A stretch of 64,000 bases of DNA from assembly GCF_001194135.2 (NCBI RefSeq), contig NC_068984.1, forward strand, positions 87,146,063-87,210,062, given 5' to 3'. The notes below the pieces were generated by a model, which searched no databases, was not told the origin of the DNA, and worked only from the letters and a program-made list of their open reading frames with translations. Source of the DNA: Octopus bimaculoides (taxonomy: Eukaryota). Both the position numbers and the translations under genes were made by a program. Below, one piece after another: positions 26,280 to 39,396 of this stretch (its first letter is position 1; each line of letters opens with the position of its first letter).

Positions 26280-27170
26280 CTATTCCTGGCAGGGCCGTTG
26301 GGGTAAAGTCCTCAGCAACCTCCTCCGCAATGCCTATCAGAGACAAGCGTTACGACCAGCCGAGACTACGGACATTATCCAACCTTCTCTTTCTTGGTCT
26401 CCCCTTTGGTCTACCCCGAGCCGATTGGCTTAGTTTGAAGAATCCGTCTTGCGATTCTTTCCTGCGACATTCTAATCACATGTCTGTTGTAGCGGAGCTG
26501 TGACTTCTCAATGCGGAGAAGTAGCGGCTTGGGTAAAGGTAAAGCTACCTTCTCAAGTCATGCCGACTCATAAGGGCCGGTTTTCTAGTTTCATGACGTA
26601 AATATTCCCATCTTGACGGGGCACCGGTCTGTCGCAGGATTACTAATTTTTGCCAGCTGAGTGGACTGGGGTAACGTGAAGTGAAGTGTTTTGCTCAAGA
26701 ACACAAGTCGTTACCCGATGCAGAAATCGAAGCCACAATCTTACGATCATAAGTTCAATACCCTAACCACTAAGCCACTGGCCTCCACAAGTAGCGGCTC
26801 GACCCGGAGAGATCTTGGTCTCCAAGCCACACACCCTGTGGAGTAACGTTACTCCACAGGCCCTTCAGAGGAAACCGTATTTCGGCCGTTTGTATTTGTA
26901 ATGGTACCCTTTCGGTCATTATCCGACATTCATAACCATAGGTGAAGATAGGCACGAAAACTGAATTGAAGATAGCGAATTTGACTTTTTTTTTTACCAA
27001 CCTCTCCTCTTCTGAGGATCGAAAGCTGGAACTAGCGCATTACATCTGCCAGTACCTGCAATTTTATCATCCAATTCATCCTCATACTTGCTATCACTCG
27101 TGAATACGGCCCCGAGATATTTAAACTTCTCCACTTTTTTCTGTGGGGTGGGGAGCTCAAAGGATGCAAA
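26280..27170 (-). mobile_element. RTE-clade LINE 3' fragment (Expander/Rex3-like), interrupted by a SINE
   Basis: VEKFKYLGAVFTSD; FNSVFVPIFTYGYEC..QTAEIRF; removing the SINE restores RVEPLLLRIEKSQLRY..HVIRM. Confidence 0.85.
26530..26788 (-). mobile_element. Full-length tRNA-derived SINE (third family) with 11-bp TSD
   Basis: Head GTGGAGGCCAGTGGCTTAGTGGTTAGGG with B-box-like GCTTCGATTTC; TSD AAGTAGCGGCT at 26519-26529 and 26789-26799; tail TTTACCTTTACC. Confidence 0.9.
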
Positions 27171-27340
27171 TTTAGTCATAAATATACACAAAAATAGGGA
27201 TGATTAGGGCTGGGATAACTTTGATGTTAGGTCCGCTTGAATTGTGGTTAAACAGTGGTTAAACAACAACAAAACAACAACAACAGCAGTAATTATACAA
27301 GAAAGCACCTGAATACCATTATCACCTTCATAAATATGAA

Positions 27341-27459
27341 TTTTGATTGCTATTTAAATAAATGAATTTGAGTTTTGATTGCTGTTTAAATAAATGAATT
27401 TGAGTTTTGATTGCTGTTTAAATAAATGAATTTGAGTTTTGATTGCTGTTTAAATAAAT
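27341..27459. repeat. 32-bp minisatellite, ~3.7 copies
   Basis: TTTTGATTGCTGTTTAAATAAATGAATTTGAG starting at 27341, 27373, 27405, 27437. Confidence 0.95.
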
Positions 27460-28074
27460 TAATCTTCATAAAATCATAAGGAAAGCGTTATCTAAGACGC
27501 CGAATGGTTTTTATCTATTGAGATACTATTTACCATTACATTTATCTTCTATCTTAGGTCTGGAGAACTGTCCTAAAAAATTTTGTTGAGTAAATAAGCC
27601 AATTTTGAATTGTTGTCTCATGTGATCTTCCTCCTCATTTTGTTAACAATTGAAGTCTGTTCATTACTGAATTTTAAAAAAACACAAAACAAACAAAAAC
27701 ACTTGTTTCAGAAAGCAAATTACCTCATTAAACAATGTCAAATATTCCTATCCTTTACACGAAGAGGAAGTTTCTGATCGTCCGCTCAACCTACTTCAAA
27801 TTGTACCTAAGTCTCTTTCAAATCCTGTAAAAACAGACATCTTGGCTATTGCTAGAAACATTACCCGAAGAAAAGACGACAGTACGACCAAACCGATTAT
27901 TGTTATAAAAACCGGTGCATTCCAAACATGCTTAGAATATTGTTTACATCCTTTGTTTAATGTTATCAACCTTTTATCTAAAAGGCTGTATTTTAAAGTG
28001 ATCACAATAAATGGCTTCTGTTGTATGTATTTATGCGCGCGCGCGTTTACATACACACGCGCGCACATATATTG

Positions 28075-28285
28075 CTATTCTTTTACTTGTTTCACTCACT
28101 AGACTGCGACTATTCTGGGGGCACCATCTTGAAGAATTTTTAGTCGAACAAAACGACCCCAGTACTATTTTTAAAGTCTGGTAATTATTCTACCGGTCTC
28201 TTTTGCCGAACCGCTAAATTACGAGGATGTAACAAACCGTTACCGCTTGTCAAACGGTGGTGGGAGACAAACACATACACAATGG

Positions 28286-28290
<5 letters not shown>
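28075..28290 (-). mobile_element. 3' half of a CORE-type SINE
   Basis: Reverse complement of 50470-50700 (TGAAACAAGTAAAAGA tail). Confidence 0.75.
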
Positions 28291-28488
<198 letters not shown>

Positions 28489-28738
28489 ATGATAGTGAGG
28501 GAAAGACAGAGTGATAGACAATGAAAGCAAGCAAAGAAATTAGGCATAAACGACGAAAAATTATACAACAAATGGAAAAATTTCCTCTGACCGGCTGTCT
28601 CTGTGGGGCGCCACCATTTCGACCCCTAATGATAGCACCGGTAACAACAATTGGCATTGACATCAACAACCGCCAGAAATGGTTGTTAGAGAGTGATACA
28701 CTGTAGCTGAGACAAAGAGTCAGAAAAGTATAATAGTG

Positions 28739-28780
<42 letters not shown>

Positions 28781-28781
28781 G

Positions 28782-28831
<50 letters not shown>

Positions 28832-28849
28832 TTATGGATCTGTTTGTCT

Positions 28850-30370
28850 GTCTACGAAGACAGGTGTATGGACAACAAGCAGGTGTATTAGTTTGATGCT
28901 CGGGAAAGTGAGAAAGTCTTTTACATTTCGAGTTTACGTTCTTCAACAGAAAGGAATACTAGAAAATAAACAGAGAAAGAACAAAAAAAAAAACTTGTAG
29001 ATTTAGCGGTCAAGTATGGCGACTGGTTGGAAAAAAAGAAATTTTGACAGGAGAGGTGGAAAGAAGGGGAAATAATCAAGTATTGGTGATCCCCAAACGA
29101 AGGGGCGCATACGTATGTTTTTGTGTGGATAGGGGCTAGTGACTTTGACGCGTATGGATGTGTGTGTATGAGTCTGTAACGTGTGGGTGTATGGATGATG
29201 ATGTGTGGGTGTGCGGATGATGGTGTGTGGTGTGGGTGCTAGGAAGTAGTCAGTGCTAGTGTGTGTAGAGTGGTGTGGGGTGTAGTGTGTGTGGGGGGAT
29301 GTAGGAATAGAGGTGTTAGGATGTGGGATGGAGATGTGTGAGTGTGCGGTGGAGTTGTGGGGGTGGGAATGTGTGGTGCGGTGAAGGTGTGGGGCGTGTG
29401 GAGTGTGTGAGGAGGGGTGGTGGTATCAATGAGGACAGTAGGTGGGTAGGAGTGAAGAGAGGAACTAGGTGTCAGATGAAGAGAAGAGCGAAGTTGAGCC
29501 CATGTGGTGCAAAGGAGCGAAGAGAGAAGATTAATTTCTGTCCACGGCGAAGGCGGGAGTCTGGATGGCTCCTGTGCAAAGACAATCCGAACACAGACAG
29601 GTGTTATAGTGAATGACAGGTAGAGCTGAAATGACGCCAGACCGGGATGTCATTGCCGAGTCTGATGTCTCGGAGGCACTCCACGAACCGGTCAATCAAG
29701 CGGCGTCCCGTTTGACCGATGTACAGAGAAAGGCAGAAAGAGCAGGAGATGCAGTAAATGACGTTCCTAGAAGTGCAGGTAAAGGAGTCGGTGATATGAC
29801 AGGGACGATGATGGATTCCTGTGAGGGTGGTGGTGCTGGAGAGGTAGGGGCAAGTGTGGCAGCGTGGACGGGAGCAGGGGAATGAGCCAAGTTGGGAGGT
29901 GGAGTTAGGGAAGGAACTGTGGACCGGGAGGTCACGCAGTTTTGTGGGCTTGTTTGAAGGAGAGAAGGGGTAGGTTGGGGAAGATGTGCGAGGTGGAGGG
30001 ATCGGACTGGAGTCGCCAGAAGGCTCGGAGAATGGTGTGTTGGAGGGGCAGAGTGGAGAAGTGGTAGGCGTAGGAACGGGAGACTAGCAACGGCTGGGCG
30101 GCTGTGGGGAGAGAGCACAGAGGCACGGTCCACGGAAGTGCTCTGGCAAGGGCTGTGTGGATAGTGGTGAGGGGATATCCACGAAGGATGAAGTGGCGAG
30201 CCATAAGTTGAGACTGAATCTCAAAGTCATGACTGTCACTGCAGAACCTGCGCAGACAGAGGAATTGGGAGTAGGAGATGGAGAGCTTGGTGTTGGTAGG
30301 GTGGAAGGAGGAGGAATATATGGTGCTTAAGAGTCAATGCGAGAGCTTCTATGTAGTCACTGATAGAATT
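28850..30370 (-). mobile_element. Penelope-like element 3' part: RT thumb, Zn-linker, GIY-YIG endonuclease and pLTR-like tail
   Basis: Translation: SSFHPTNTKLSISYSQFLCLRRFCSD..FILRGYP..LQSDPST..CSRPRCHTCPY..SFTCTSRNVIYCISCSFC.LYIGQTGRRLIDRF..QKLIFSLRSFAPHGLN. Confidence 0.93.
28885..28959 (-). ncRNA. Type I hammerhead ribozyme fold with variant core (CUGUUGA + extra A) in the PLE tail
   Basis: Minus strand GUAUU-CC-UUU|CUGUUGA-A|GAACGUAAACUC|GAAA-UGU...GCAU-C|AAA-CU-AAUAC: stem I 3+5 bp, stem III 4 bp, AUC cleavage triplet; stem II only 2 bp in this copy. Confidence 0.6.
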
Positions 30371-30499
30371 AGCATCCAAGTAAAACCTTTCTGATCTTTC
30401 TTAGACTTATTGAAAAAGAGTGAACACTTTGGGTTATGTGGTTCTGCATGCACTATGTCTGAATAAAAGATAAGAAAACGGCTGCAATACTTTTGGGAA

Positions 30500-30635
30500 T
30501 ATGTCAGCTCAACCAGGTCTGAGTCAAGGCTTAGCAACCGCAACAACATGTACGGAGACACTTCCTCATTCCTAAGGTTGACCTTCCAATTCATGGCCAA
30601 AGCTTGGTCTTGTGTTGCCAGTATAGTGCTCTCAG
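30500..30635 (-). mobile_element. Short R4-type LINE fragment beside a (TAG/TAA)-like tract
   Basis: SESTILATQDQALAMN matches the R4 motif TESLIxAAQDQALxTN. Confidence 0.6.
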
Positions 30636-31319
30636 ACACTTTTTTTCAGTGTAGTAGTAGTACTAGTTGCAGTAATAATAGTAGTAGTAGTGGTAGTTGT
30701 AGTAGTGGTAGTTGTAGTAGTGGTATGTATGAGATTTATTGCCATATATTTCAATAACATGTTTGTCACAACAACGGAATAATTTAAACACGGGTTATAA
30801 CAATACTACTTCAACCATTACTTGAACAACTCATAAAGGGGTCAAGTAATTAACCATTTTAATAACGACAATTTTTCTACGGCTTGTTAGAGATATTCCA
30901 TTGAGTTTTTATTTAGGTGTGGCGATAAACAATGGAGAATGCATAATATTTATTAGGAATAAAACTGCTGTTAAAATAGCCCCAGTCTACTAAATCAGAA
31001 AGATCTCTCAGATGGTGTGAGCATGTTGCAGTACAGTAAGATTGCTTTAACACTGGAATTAATTAAAACAAGTTTTGATAGGAGTGATAGGCTGTATTAG
31101 GAACTGAAATTCTATACATTTGACATTGATTTATGTAGAAATACATCGTGCTAATTAAGATATTTAAACAACGTATTAGTTAAGGAAACCAAAGAACGAA
31201 GTATGACAAACTTGGAAGCAGCCACAAATGACGAATATGACCAGTGTTAATTTTTTTATTTGTCTTGCACGTGCAATTTAATAACGTCAATCCATTTATC
31301 TCAAAAGGTTTGACAAGTA

Positions 31320-31358
<39 letters not shown>

Positions 31359-31486
31359 NNNNNNNNNNNNNNNNNNNNNNNNNNNNNNNNNNNNNNNNNN
31401 NNNNNNNNNNNNNNNNNNNNNNNNNNNNNNNNNNNNNNNNNNNNNNNNNNNNNNNNNNNNNNNNNNNNNNNNNNNNNNNNNNNNNN

Positions 31487-31575
<89 letters not shown>

Positions 31576-33451
31576 GCACACACATACACACAATACATAT
31601 CTTTACAAAATTTGTTTTTCAATAGCTGATAGTTTATCTGAATAATTTCTCCCTTCGCTCCCTAACACACCTAGACTGTAAATTCTATCAACTAAACTTT
31701 AAATACTTCAAGTTTAAAGTGTTTAGCATGTAGACATAAAATGTTTTTTCCTTCTATTGCAAGGGTCAGACAAAACTTATATTGTTCTCTAGAGCACATC
31801 AATAGAAAAAAGTCTGTTTATGCTGAGACAAATGTGAAGTAAATAGAAACTTTCCTTAATTTACAAGATTACAGAAAATGCTTGATAAAACTGAACACCA
31901 TGACAACGTTGACAAAAGCTTTCACATTGGAGGCATTGCGTATGTTCAAGCCTTGCTGCAATAATTTAACACATTCCTTGCTTTCTGAACAGATATGAAG
32001 GCTGTATTAATAAATATCACTCTTGATTGTTTAAAATACATCAGCAAATAATTTCTTTTTATTGTATGAATAAATTAACGCGTCAAAGCTAATTACTCAA
32101 TCTCTTCTCGAGGTAAATGTATTCGTTTCTTTTAAAAATATTTTACCAAGCCTTCGTCTAACGGACTTATGCTTCACATTGCAAAACGCTGCTTGATGTA
32201 GACAGTATATTCCCTATCTTAAAGCAACTCTTCAGTCTTATAAAGTGAATTGGGAACACGTTGACTCTAATTATAGATAGAGCTGGCAGATAGTGTTTTA
32301 ATGTTACAGTCAACACTAAAAACATTACCTCTAACCTAAAAATGACATTTTTAATCGATAGGGTACGAAAAATGTCGAATGAAGCCAAAAGTACAAGGGT
32401 GATCAGAATGGCAAATAATAGGGTTCATCATTTTGATATTTGTAAAAGTTTTATATGCAAACGCTTTTGTAATGATAAAGTGGGTAATTAAATTTTTGTT
32501 TTCCTGAAAGTGAAACTAACTGCATAACCATTTCTGCAAAACGAAAATTTTTCTCAAATTTGAATAACATTTGTCATGCCTACATATAAACATTTTTATA
32601 GAAATGATAATAGTATTTCTCTATATTATCATTAATTATTCATGTAAATAAGCAGCACACATATGCGTTCTCCACATTGCATTTTTGTATGTCCATTAGT
32701 AACTACGTCATTAACAAATCCCAGTATTTATTGATCGCTTGGTTTTTGGATTAAACAATGTTTCTTGAAATGCTTATGAACTACGAACACCACAAGAAAA
32801 GCATTATTAGTACAACAAGCATTAACTCTTCCACAAAAAACAAAAGCCATATTTTCCATACCTATATGGGATATACATCACGTTAATTAAACCATTAAAC
32901 CAGTGCATTATATCCAAAATATAGATAGTACCAAACTATATTTGGTATCAGGTAATGAAACTAAAATAAATCTGTTCTCCACTACTTAATTCATGGTGGG
33001 AATATGATATGAGCAGCCACCGATAAAACATATTTGCTTTTGCTTATATAGAGGTTGTAGAAAAGGCTGATTTGTTTTTGTAATAAATATTGTGAATAGA
33101 TTACTGTGAAAATATCTGCAATTCTTCCTTTTCACTTTCATAGGGTTTTACCTTTTATAGCTTCGGCTCTTTATGATCTCTCCTTTATCGGCCTTGAACT
33201 CAGCTAATTAATGGAAAGTTTTGCAATCTAAATAAAAAAAAATATATGAGGGAACAAACTTTATCAATTTATCAACATCAAATTTCAATCTCATGGAATA
33301 CAGTTTAACAGATTGAAAAAATTATAAAATCTTTTCGCTAGTTTCAATTGACGAAATCGATTTGTTAACGCGACAATGTTTATTTATAAAAATATTTTAC
33401 ATTCAATTTAGATGATATAAAAATAATCCAATATTATTGACTAATACATAG

Positions 33452-33610
33452 CATTTTGTCAGTCTTTACGTTCTGAGTTCAAATGCCACCAAAGCCGACT
33501 TTAACTTTCATTATTTCGGGATCGATAAAATAAGTACCATTTGAACACTGGGGTCGATGTAATCGGTTTACCCCTCTCCTAAATTACTGGCCTTGCGCCA
33601 AGATTTGAAA
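33452..33610 (+). mobile_element. MetaSINE-like SINE, tail type A
   Basis: TACGTTCTGAGTTCAAAT..GATCGATAAAATAAGTACC..CTGGCCTTGCGCC. Confidence 0.8.
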
Positions 33611-35033
33611 TTAATATTGTTAGGAATTTATTTTGATGGTCCGTCAAGACTAGTAGATCTCCAAAGAGCTGACTTAAGAGTCCAGAGATTAACTCAAGGT
33701 AGAACTGGTTGTCTTTTTGCAACGAAGAAATGTGTCTATATAGTGGACTGCACATGAATCTTAGTGTGTATTCGCATATAGCCTTTTTTCCCTTGAATTT
33801 TCAACTCCTGATGAAGTCGGAAGAACACTGTTGTGACCTACAGCGTGTCTTGATCATTTAAAATGCAATGGAGCCCATGCCTCTCGATATCTGAACACAG
33901 TCAATTCCTTCCAGGAGAGAGAGAGGGAGAGAGAAAAGGGAAGGAGAGAGTGAGAGAGAGAGGAAGAGAGAGAGAGAGAAGGCAGAATCGAAACCATGAA
34001 AGAACGAAAGTCAAAGTTAATCTCGGCAGGATTTAAACTCAGTGCAGGATGCCGGAATGAATAATGCAAGATAACGTTTAAACGACTCTGACAATTCAGC
34101 CCCTATATATCCATAAGTACACACATATTAATTTCTTTTTCTCTCATTATTGGTTTTGCCACACATAAATAGCCTAGATTACGGCTGTTATCCTAGTCTA
34201 GAATAAGATAACAGTGGATGGTGGTGGTAAGGGATAGGATAACAGTTGAGAAACTACGATAACAATGTGGAAAAGTGATGTTTATAATGTTAACTTTTGT
34301 CGACCTTAACTAAGAGAAACTGTTAATCTAATGTCCATGTATTTGTGGTCACAGTCGATAAAATAATATACTGAACACTGCTAATTTCTTATAGAAAAAA
34401 GACAGAGAAGAATAGATTCTGAAAGAAAGAGAGGAAAGATTCGATAGGCAGGATTTGAATTTGGAATACAGATAGTTAGAAGACCGCAAGGATCTTCTCA
34501 ACTCGCATAGACTAATCTAATTTTACAAAGTTACTGCAAACCACTGTTAATTTTATAACAAAATGAACATTTCTCGATGATTTAGCTGTTGTGGCTATTT
34601 AGTGATAGGTCAAGCTTGATCAAGCAGACATGATTAAAAGATTCCGACATTGAAAATTTTGTCTTTATTTTGTTTACAGGTATAATATATCTAGGACTAC
34701 TTTATCCTACTGAATCCTTCTAGTTTTAAGACTGTAGAGTATAGCTTCAGATGAAAGTTGTCTGCTATTTCTAATAAATAAAGCAATCGTGCTGAGGTCA
34801 CCAAAACGATCGATTAAGTTTTCTTTTTATACGATTGCACGCTTAAAGTATGCAGGCGGTCGAAAAATATTAAAAATAAAGATTTATATCTATAAAAAAC
34901 AAAGGGGAAATTGTGGTGTTCCGAAAATAAAAATTACCTTTCAAAATACAGCTTATCTATATTTTACGTATGATTGGTAGTAATTTTTATCAGAAATAAC
35001 ATGTTGAAACAATACCGCATTTTGGCGAGATAG

Positions 35034-35850
35034 ACCCTATTTGCCGGCATGTAAGACGCACTGTTTTTACTTTTATATTTATCCAAAAATTGCCCTACAT
35101 CTGAAGCGGCCGTATTACGGATAGGAGACCGAATGTTGTACGTTAGGGAACCCGAGAAATCCGCTAAGCCCAATAATTGTTAGAAATAATAGAATATTGA
35201 AAACATGTTTATTTGTCAGTCTCTTAGCACAGACTTATAGAAAATTGTTTACGCTACATTGTTATGGAAATATCTCATTATACCTCATCCCCCAACATAC
35301 ATAACCCACATCTAATATGTGTCTTATATTATTTAATGTCTGTGTTATCATTAAGAAACATTTCTTAATTATCTAAATAATAATTCTCTTAGAAATATGA
35401 AAGGAACTTTATACTTTTATCAAGCTATCAGTTAATTGCAATGAATGGATTACAAAAAATCCATAGCGATGTTGACCGACTGAGGTAATACAATACATCA
35501 CAGTAAAATATACGATTTTAAATGCTGTGTAGCAATTCTTTTGACAAAATATCAACAAAATACACAGTTTATCTGAAAGAAGATATGGTTGAAATATGGA
35601 ACTCGTATAACATAGCTAATTTATGATAAAATTATGGTTTCATACTTATTCCAGTATACTGTCGAGTATACTGTCAAAGCATTGTATCTACATGCACAGA
35701 ATCATTCATTTCCCCCTACAAAATTACTTTAAAATGTCTACCAAAAAGTGCATGATGAAACATGCTAAATTTGTTTTTTTCCACAAAATATACTTGTAAA
35801 ATAGGGGAGCGTCTTATACGAGAGTGTGTCTTATATGCCGGCAGATACGA
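35034..35850. mobile_element. pogo/Tc1-mariner-type non-autonomous element (~817 bp)
   Basis: TIRs CCCTATTTGCCGGCATGTAAGACGCAC / GTGTGTCTTATATGCCGGCAGATACGA followed by TA; no coding remnant recognised. Confidence 0.72.
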
Positions 35851-36629
35851 TATTTGTTAATAGCAAATATTTTGTCTGTTCTTATTGTTACTATCTTCGC
35901 AGAGGCACCAGTGTTGTCTAAAATATATTTTTGGTAATTCGAAGAAGATAAGATAAGTGTGAAAGTCAATAGAGTTCACACTCTCTCGGCATAGCATATG
36001 TCTCTCAATTACCAAATATAGTATGATTTATTGATGCGGCAAGTTATGGTTTCATTTTCTCTTTCTTTCTCTATTTTATTTTCATTTCTTCCGTGTTATT
36101 TTCTTTTGTTTGGTTATTGTTGCTGTTTCATTCCAAATCAGCCCTGATTAAAGAGACCCATGAAAGACATTCCAGGCATGACCATCCTGTATTTCTCTTA
36201 TGTACAAGGAACCCAGGATCCCATTATCTAACCTGTTTTTCTAAGACGGTAGGATGTAATTCGAAGTCTATTTCTAGCAAGTAGAGAGACCATGTAGCGG
36301 TTGTCTTGTTGGTTCCTAGGGTGGAGATGACTTAGTTGACTTGGTGTTTGGCCATTTGCATTGGATTTTATTCTTCTTCTTCCTCTAATTACTACAATAT
36401 TATTTTACCTTTCATATATCAAGTCAACGAGGCAGCCTTTACATAACCGTTCAACTTACTAGAAATAGCAACCAAATCTTCAAATTACCCATTACAATCT
36501 TGAACTGTGATACCTGAAGTATCGTTCTATCATTTTCTGTTTTGGTAACAACTTTGTCTCCCTGCCCTTCTCCCGTTAGCAATATCTAAACCTCTCTTTT
36601 CTATCTACCTCTGGTAGAATCATGAAAGT

Positions 36630-36800
36630 GTCGTATAACGTTTTGTGGTGTTTAGTAATGATTCTTGACGTTCTGAGTTTAAATCCCACCAAAGTCCACT
36701 TCCCCTTTCATCCTAATCGTAATGATAAAAATAAGTACTTGTACTAAGGAGTCGATAAAATCGACTACCCCTACCCACCAAATATATGGCTTTGTGTCCA
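36630..36800 (+). mobile_element. Degenerate MetaSINE-like SINE
   Basis: GACGTTCTGAGTTTAAATCC..GATAAAAATAAGTAC..GTCGATAAAATCGACT. Confidence 0.7.
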
Positions 36801-38639
36801 CGGCAAACCTCTTTATTCCTTCTATTCTCCTACGTAGCCGACTATGAAACACATAAAAACGTACTCGCACAAGCATGACTTTCTGATTACTTATCAAAAT
36901 ATTTCAAAGTTTTAAAAAGATTATATATAACTGCAATTCCTTCAGTTTAGAAAGAAAAAAAATCTTTAATTTCTCCATCGGGAGAAACTTACAGAGGGGC
37001 CTAGTTACTGGGAGAAGAGCTTTAGTAAGAACTTAGATAAAACAAACTATGCATGTACAATTACCTATGTATCACCAGTTATCTATCATAATCTGGATTA
37101 TATAAACTAAGATGTTTACGAGTTGCTTATGATTTATAGTAAAAGTATGAGAAATAACTTGGAATTTAAACCCTCTTCCTATAAATATAGATGGAATTTA
37201 GATAGTTTGTAAGCAAGATAGCGATGTAAGGCAAAAGAAAAATGTAAATCGAAGATTAGGACCCTAATTTTCTTGTAAAATGTTTCAAAAGTCACATGCA
37301 CAGTCATAAGTTCTAGCTGATTACAAACAAGTAAACAGACTTCCACACACATAAGCATACAAAAATATATAAGTGATTAGATTTCAGACGTGACCTAAAT
37401 TTTTAATATTTATGGAAGAGTATAAGGAAGGTCAATATATATTGTGCTATCTTTAAAAAATATGTCAAAGTTCAAAGTATTCGATTCAATAATAATGTAT
37501 ATAGCTTATGACTGTAATAAATTCCCCTTGAATTCCTTTTTGTTTATCAAACATTTCTCACTACTTTATTTCTAATTTGAGTCATCAGACATGTCATTGC
37601 AACCAAAACTGTAACTGAGGAGAATATAGGAAGAGTATTTCTGTAAGTGCAGCCCATCCTACTCATCTTCCCAATACTCTAGATTTTTACATATCTTGTT
37701 CCGTTCTGAGATACAGATATCCCACCATCTGTCTTCAACTTATCTCCGCTGTCCTGTCTACTCTCTGTATTCTAACATTTTTTTGGTGAAATTTAGTGTT
37801 TAAACATGCACAGAATCAAATCTCCCTACCTCTCACCTGGATTTCTGCAATACATATTTCTAGTTACTTTGGCTCACAGATACTCTCTTATTCAAAGTTT
37901 CTTGTCGCTTCCATTCTCTTCACAAGCGCTTGTTCGACTTATCTCCCGTTCTGCAACGAGAATATCTATTTCACGTCACCTCTCTCTGAAAACATAATCC
38001 TAGGTATACTCTGCACAGTAATTCCATCCACGAACCCATTGTTGATTAACGAAAAAATGATTAGTTGTGCTTCGATCAATTATTAAGGGAACATTCCCTA
38101 TATGTAAGATAGGTATATCAAATTGACATCTTATAATTCTCATAAAGTGTGCAGAATTTGTTCAAGTAATCTCTGTTTTGAGTTGTTGGATGGTGGACTT
38201 GGGTTCTTTAAGCTGGGTCCTCCCTGTTGCAAGTTGGTTTAAGGATGTTTTCCTCCCTTCTCACTGGTCTCAGACTATCTGGAAAATAAAGGATAAAGAA
38301 AGCTGTTTCTTTTCCTTTTCCCCTGACTAAACGGTAACCACCCCCAGTCATCCACTAAAAGTTTATTTTAACTTCAATATGCAGTCTCAGATCATGTAAC
38401 TTTACCAATTTTTATTGTGTGTTAGTGTTATTTAGACATTATAATCCTGTCCATTATTATTGTGTCCTAGTGTGATTAGACATAATAACCTTGTCCTAGA
38501 ACCTAACCAATTGTGTGCTAAAGTTGCTATTGTTATTACTTGATCCCAGGTCAATCTTGATCAAGTGACATTTGACTGATATTCCAAGTAGGTCGAGACC
38601 ACGTTGAAGATCGTTCTGTCGTATTGCAAACTCTTGAAA

Positions 38640-38653
38640 GTCTGAAAGAAGGG

Positions 38654-38752
<99 letters not shown>

Positions 38753-38925
38753 GCACACACACGACGGGCTTCTTTCAGTTTCCGTCCACCAAATCCACTC
38801 ACAAGACTTTGGTCGGCCCGATGCTATAGTAGAAGACATTTGCCCAAGGTGCCAAGCAGCGAGACTGAACCCGGAACCATGTGGCTGGGAAGCAAGCTTC
38901 TTACCACAAAGCTACGCCTGCGCCT
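38640..38925 (-). mobile_element. CORE-type SINE with expanded (GA)n(TG)n
   Basis: Head AGGCGCAGGCGTAGCTTTGTGGTAAG, CORE-like ACCTTGGGCAAATGTCTTCTACTATAG. Confidence 0.88.
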
Positions 38926-39343
38926 TTATGTAAAATTGAATTTGGAGTATATTCAAAATTTTGATTATACTTAATAAAACTGACATGAAATGTACCCAGG
39001 CACATAAGTTCATAAGCCCACACAAACACCCTCTCACACAAATACAAGTTCACATACATAAATATGTACATGCGTGCAACATTATTTTAAAGATGCATGA
39101 AATGTCACCAACATCAATCAGAAAGGAATGTGAATGGGCGAAATTTTAGATTATAGAAGGCAACGGTTCAAATCTTGGAAGAATTGATGTACAACTACTT
39201 ACACAGTCTTTGTATTCTTATGTGTATGTGTGTGTATGGGACTGTGTGTGTGTGTATGGGACTCTGTGTGTGTATGGGACTGTGTGTGTGTATGTGTGTG
39301 TGAATGCGCGCGTGAGTGTGTGTGTGCATGTGTTTGTGTGTGT

Positions 39344-39396
<53 letters not shown>

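Noticed and set aside
31180-31645. Many listed ORFs of poly-YI/CV/HT/SL/MYVC type (also 6701, 28185, 38496, 39199, 43024, 51966, 55315) and ORFs spanning N runs (14540-15355)
   Set aside because: Translations of microsatellites or assembly gaps, not genes
31740-32450. Moderately open reading stretches suggesting a decayed coding relic
   Set aside because: No family motif could be recognised in any frame
33808-33856. CTGATGAAGTC...GACC, possible hammerhead
   Set aside because: GAAA is absent and stem I is unpaired; at most an unrecognisable relic
37600-38050. Possible CR1/L2 endonuclease remnant on the minus strand
   Set aside because: Only vague motif traces (RVDR..GYLYL); too decayed to call
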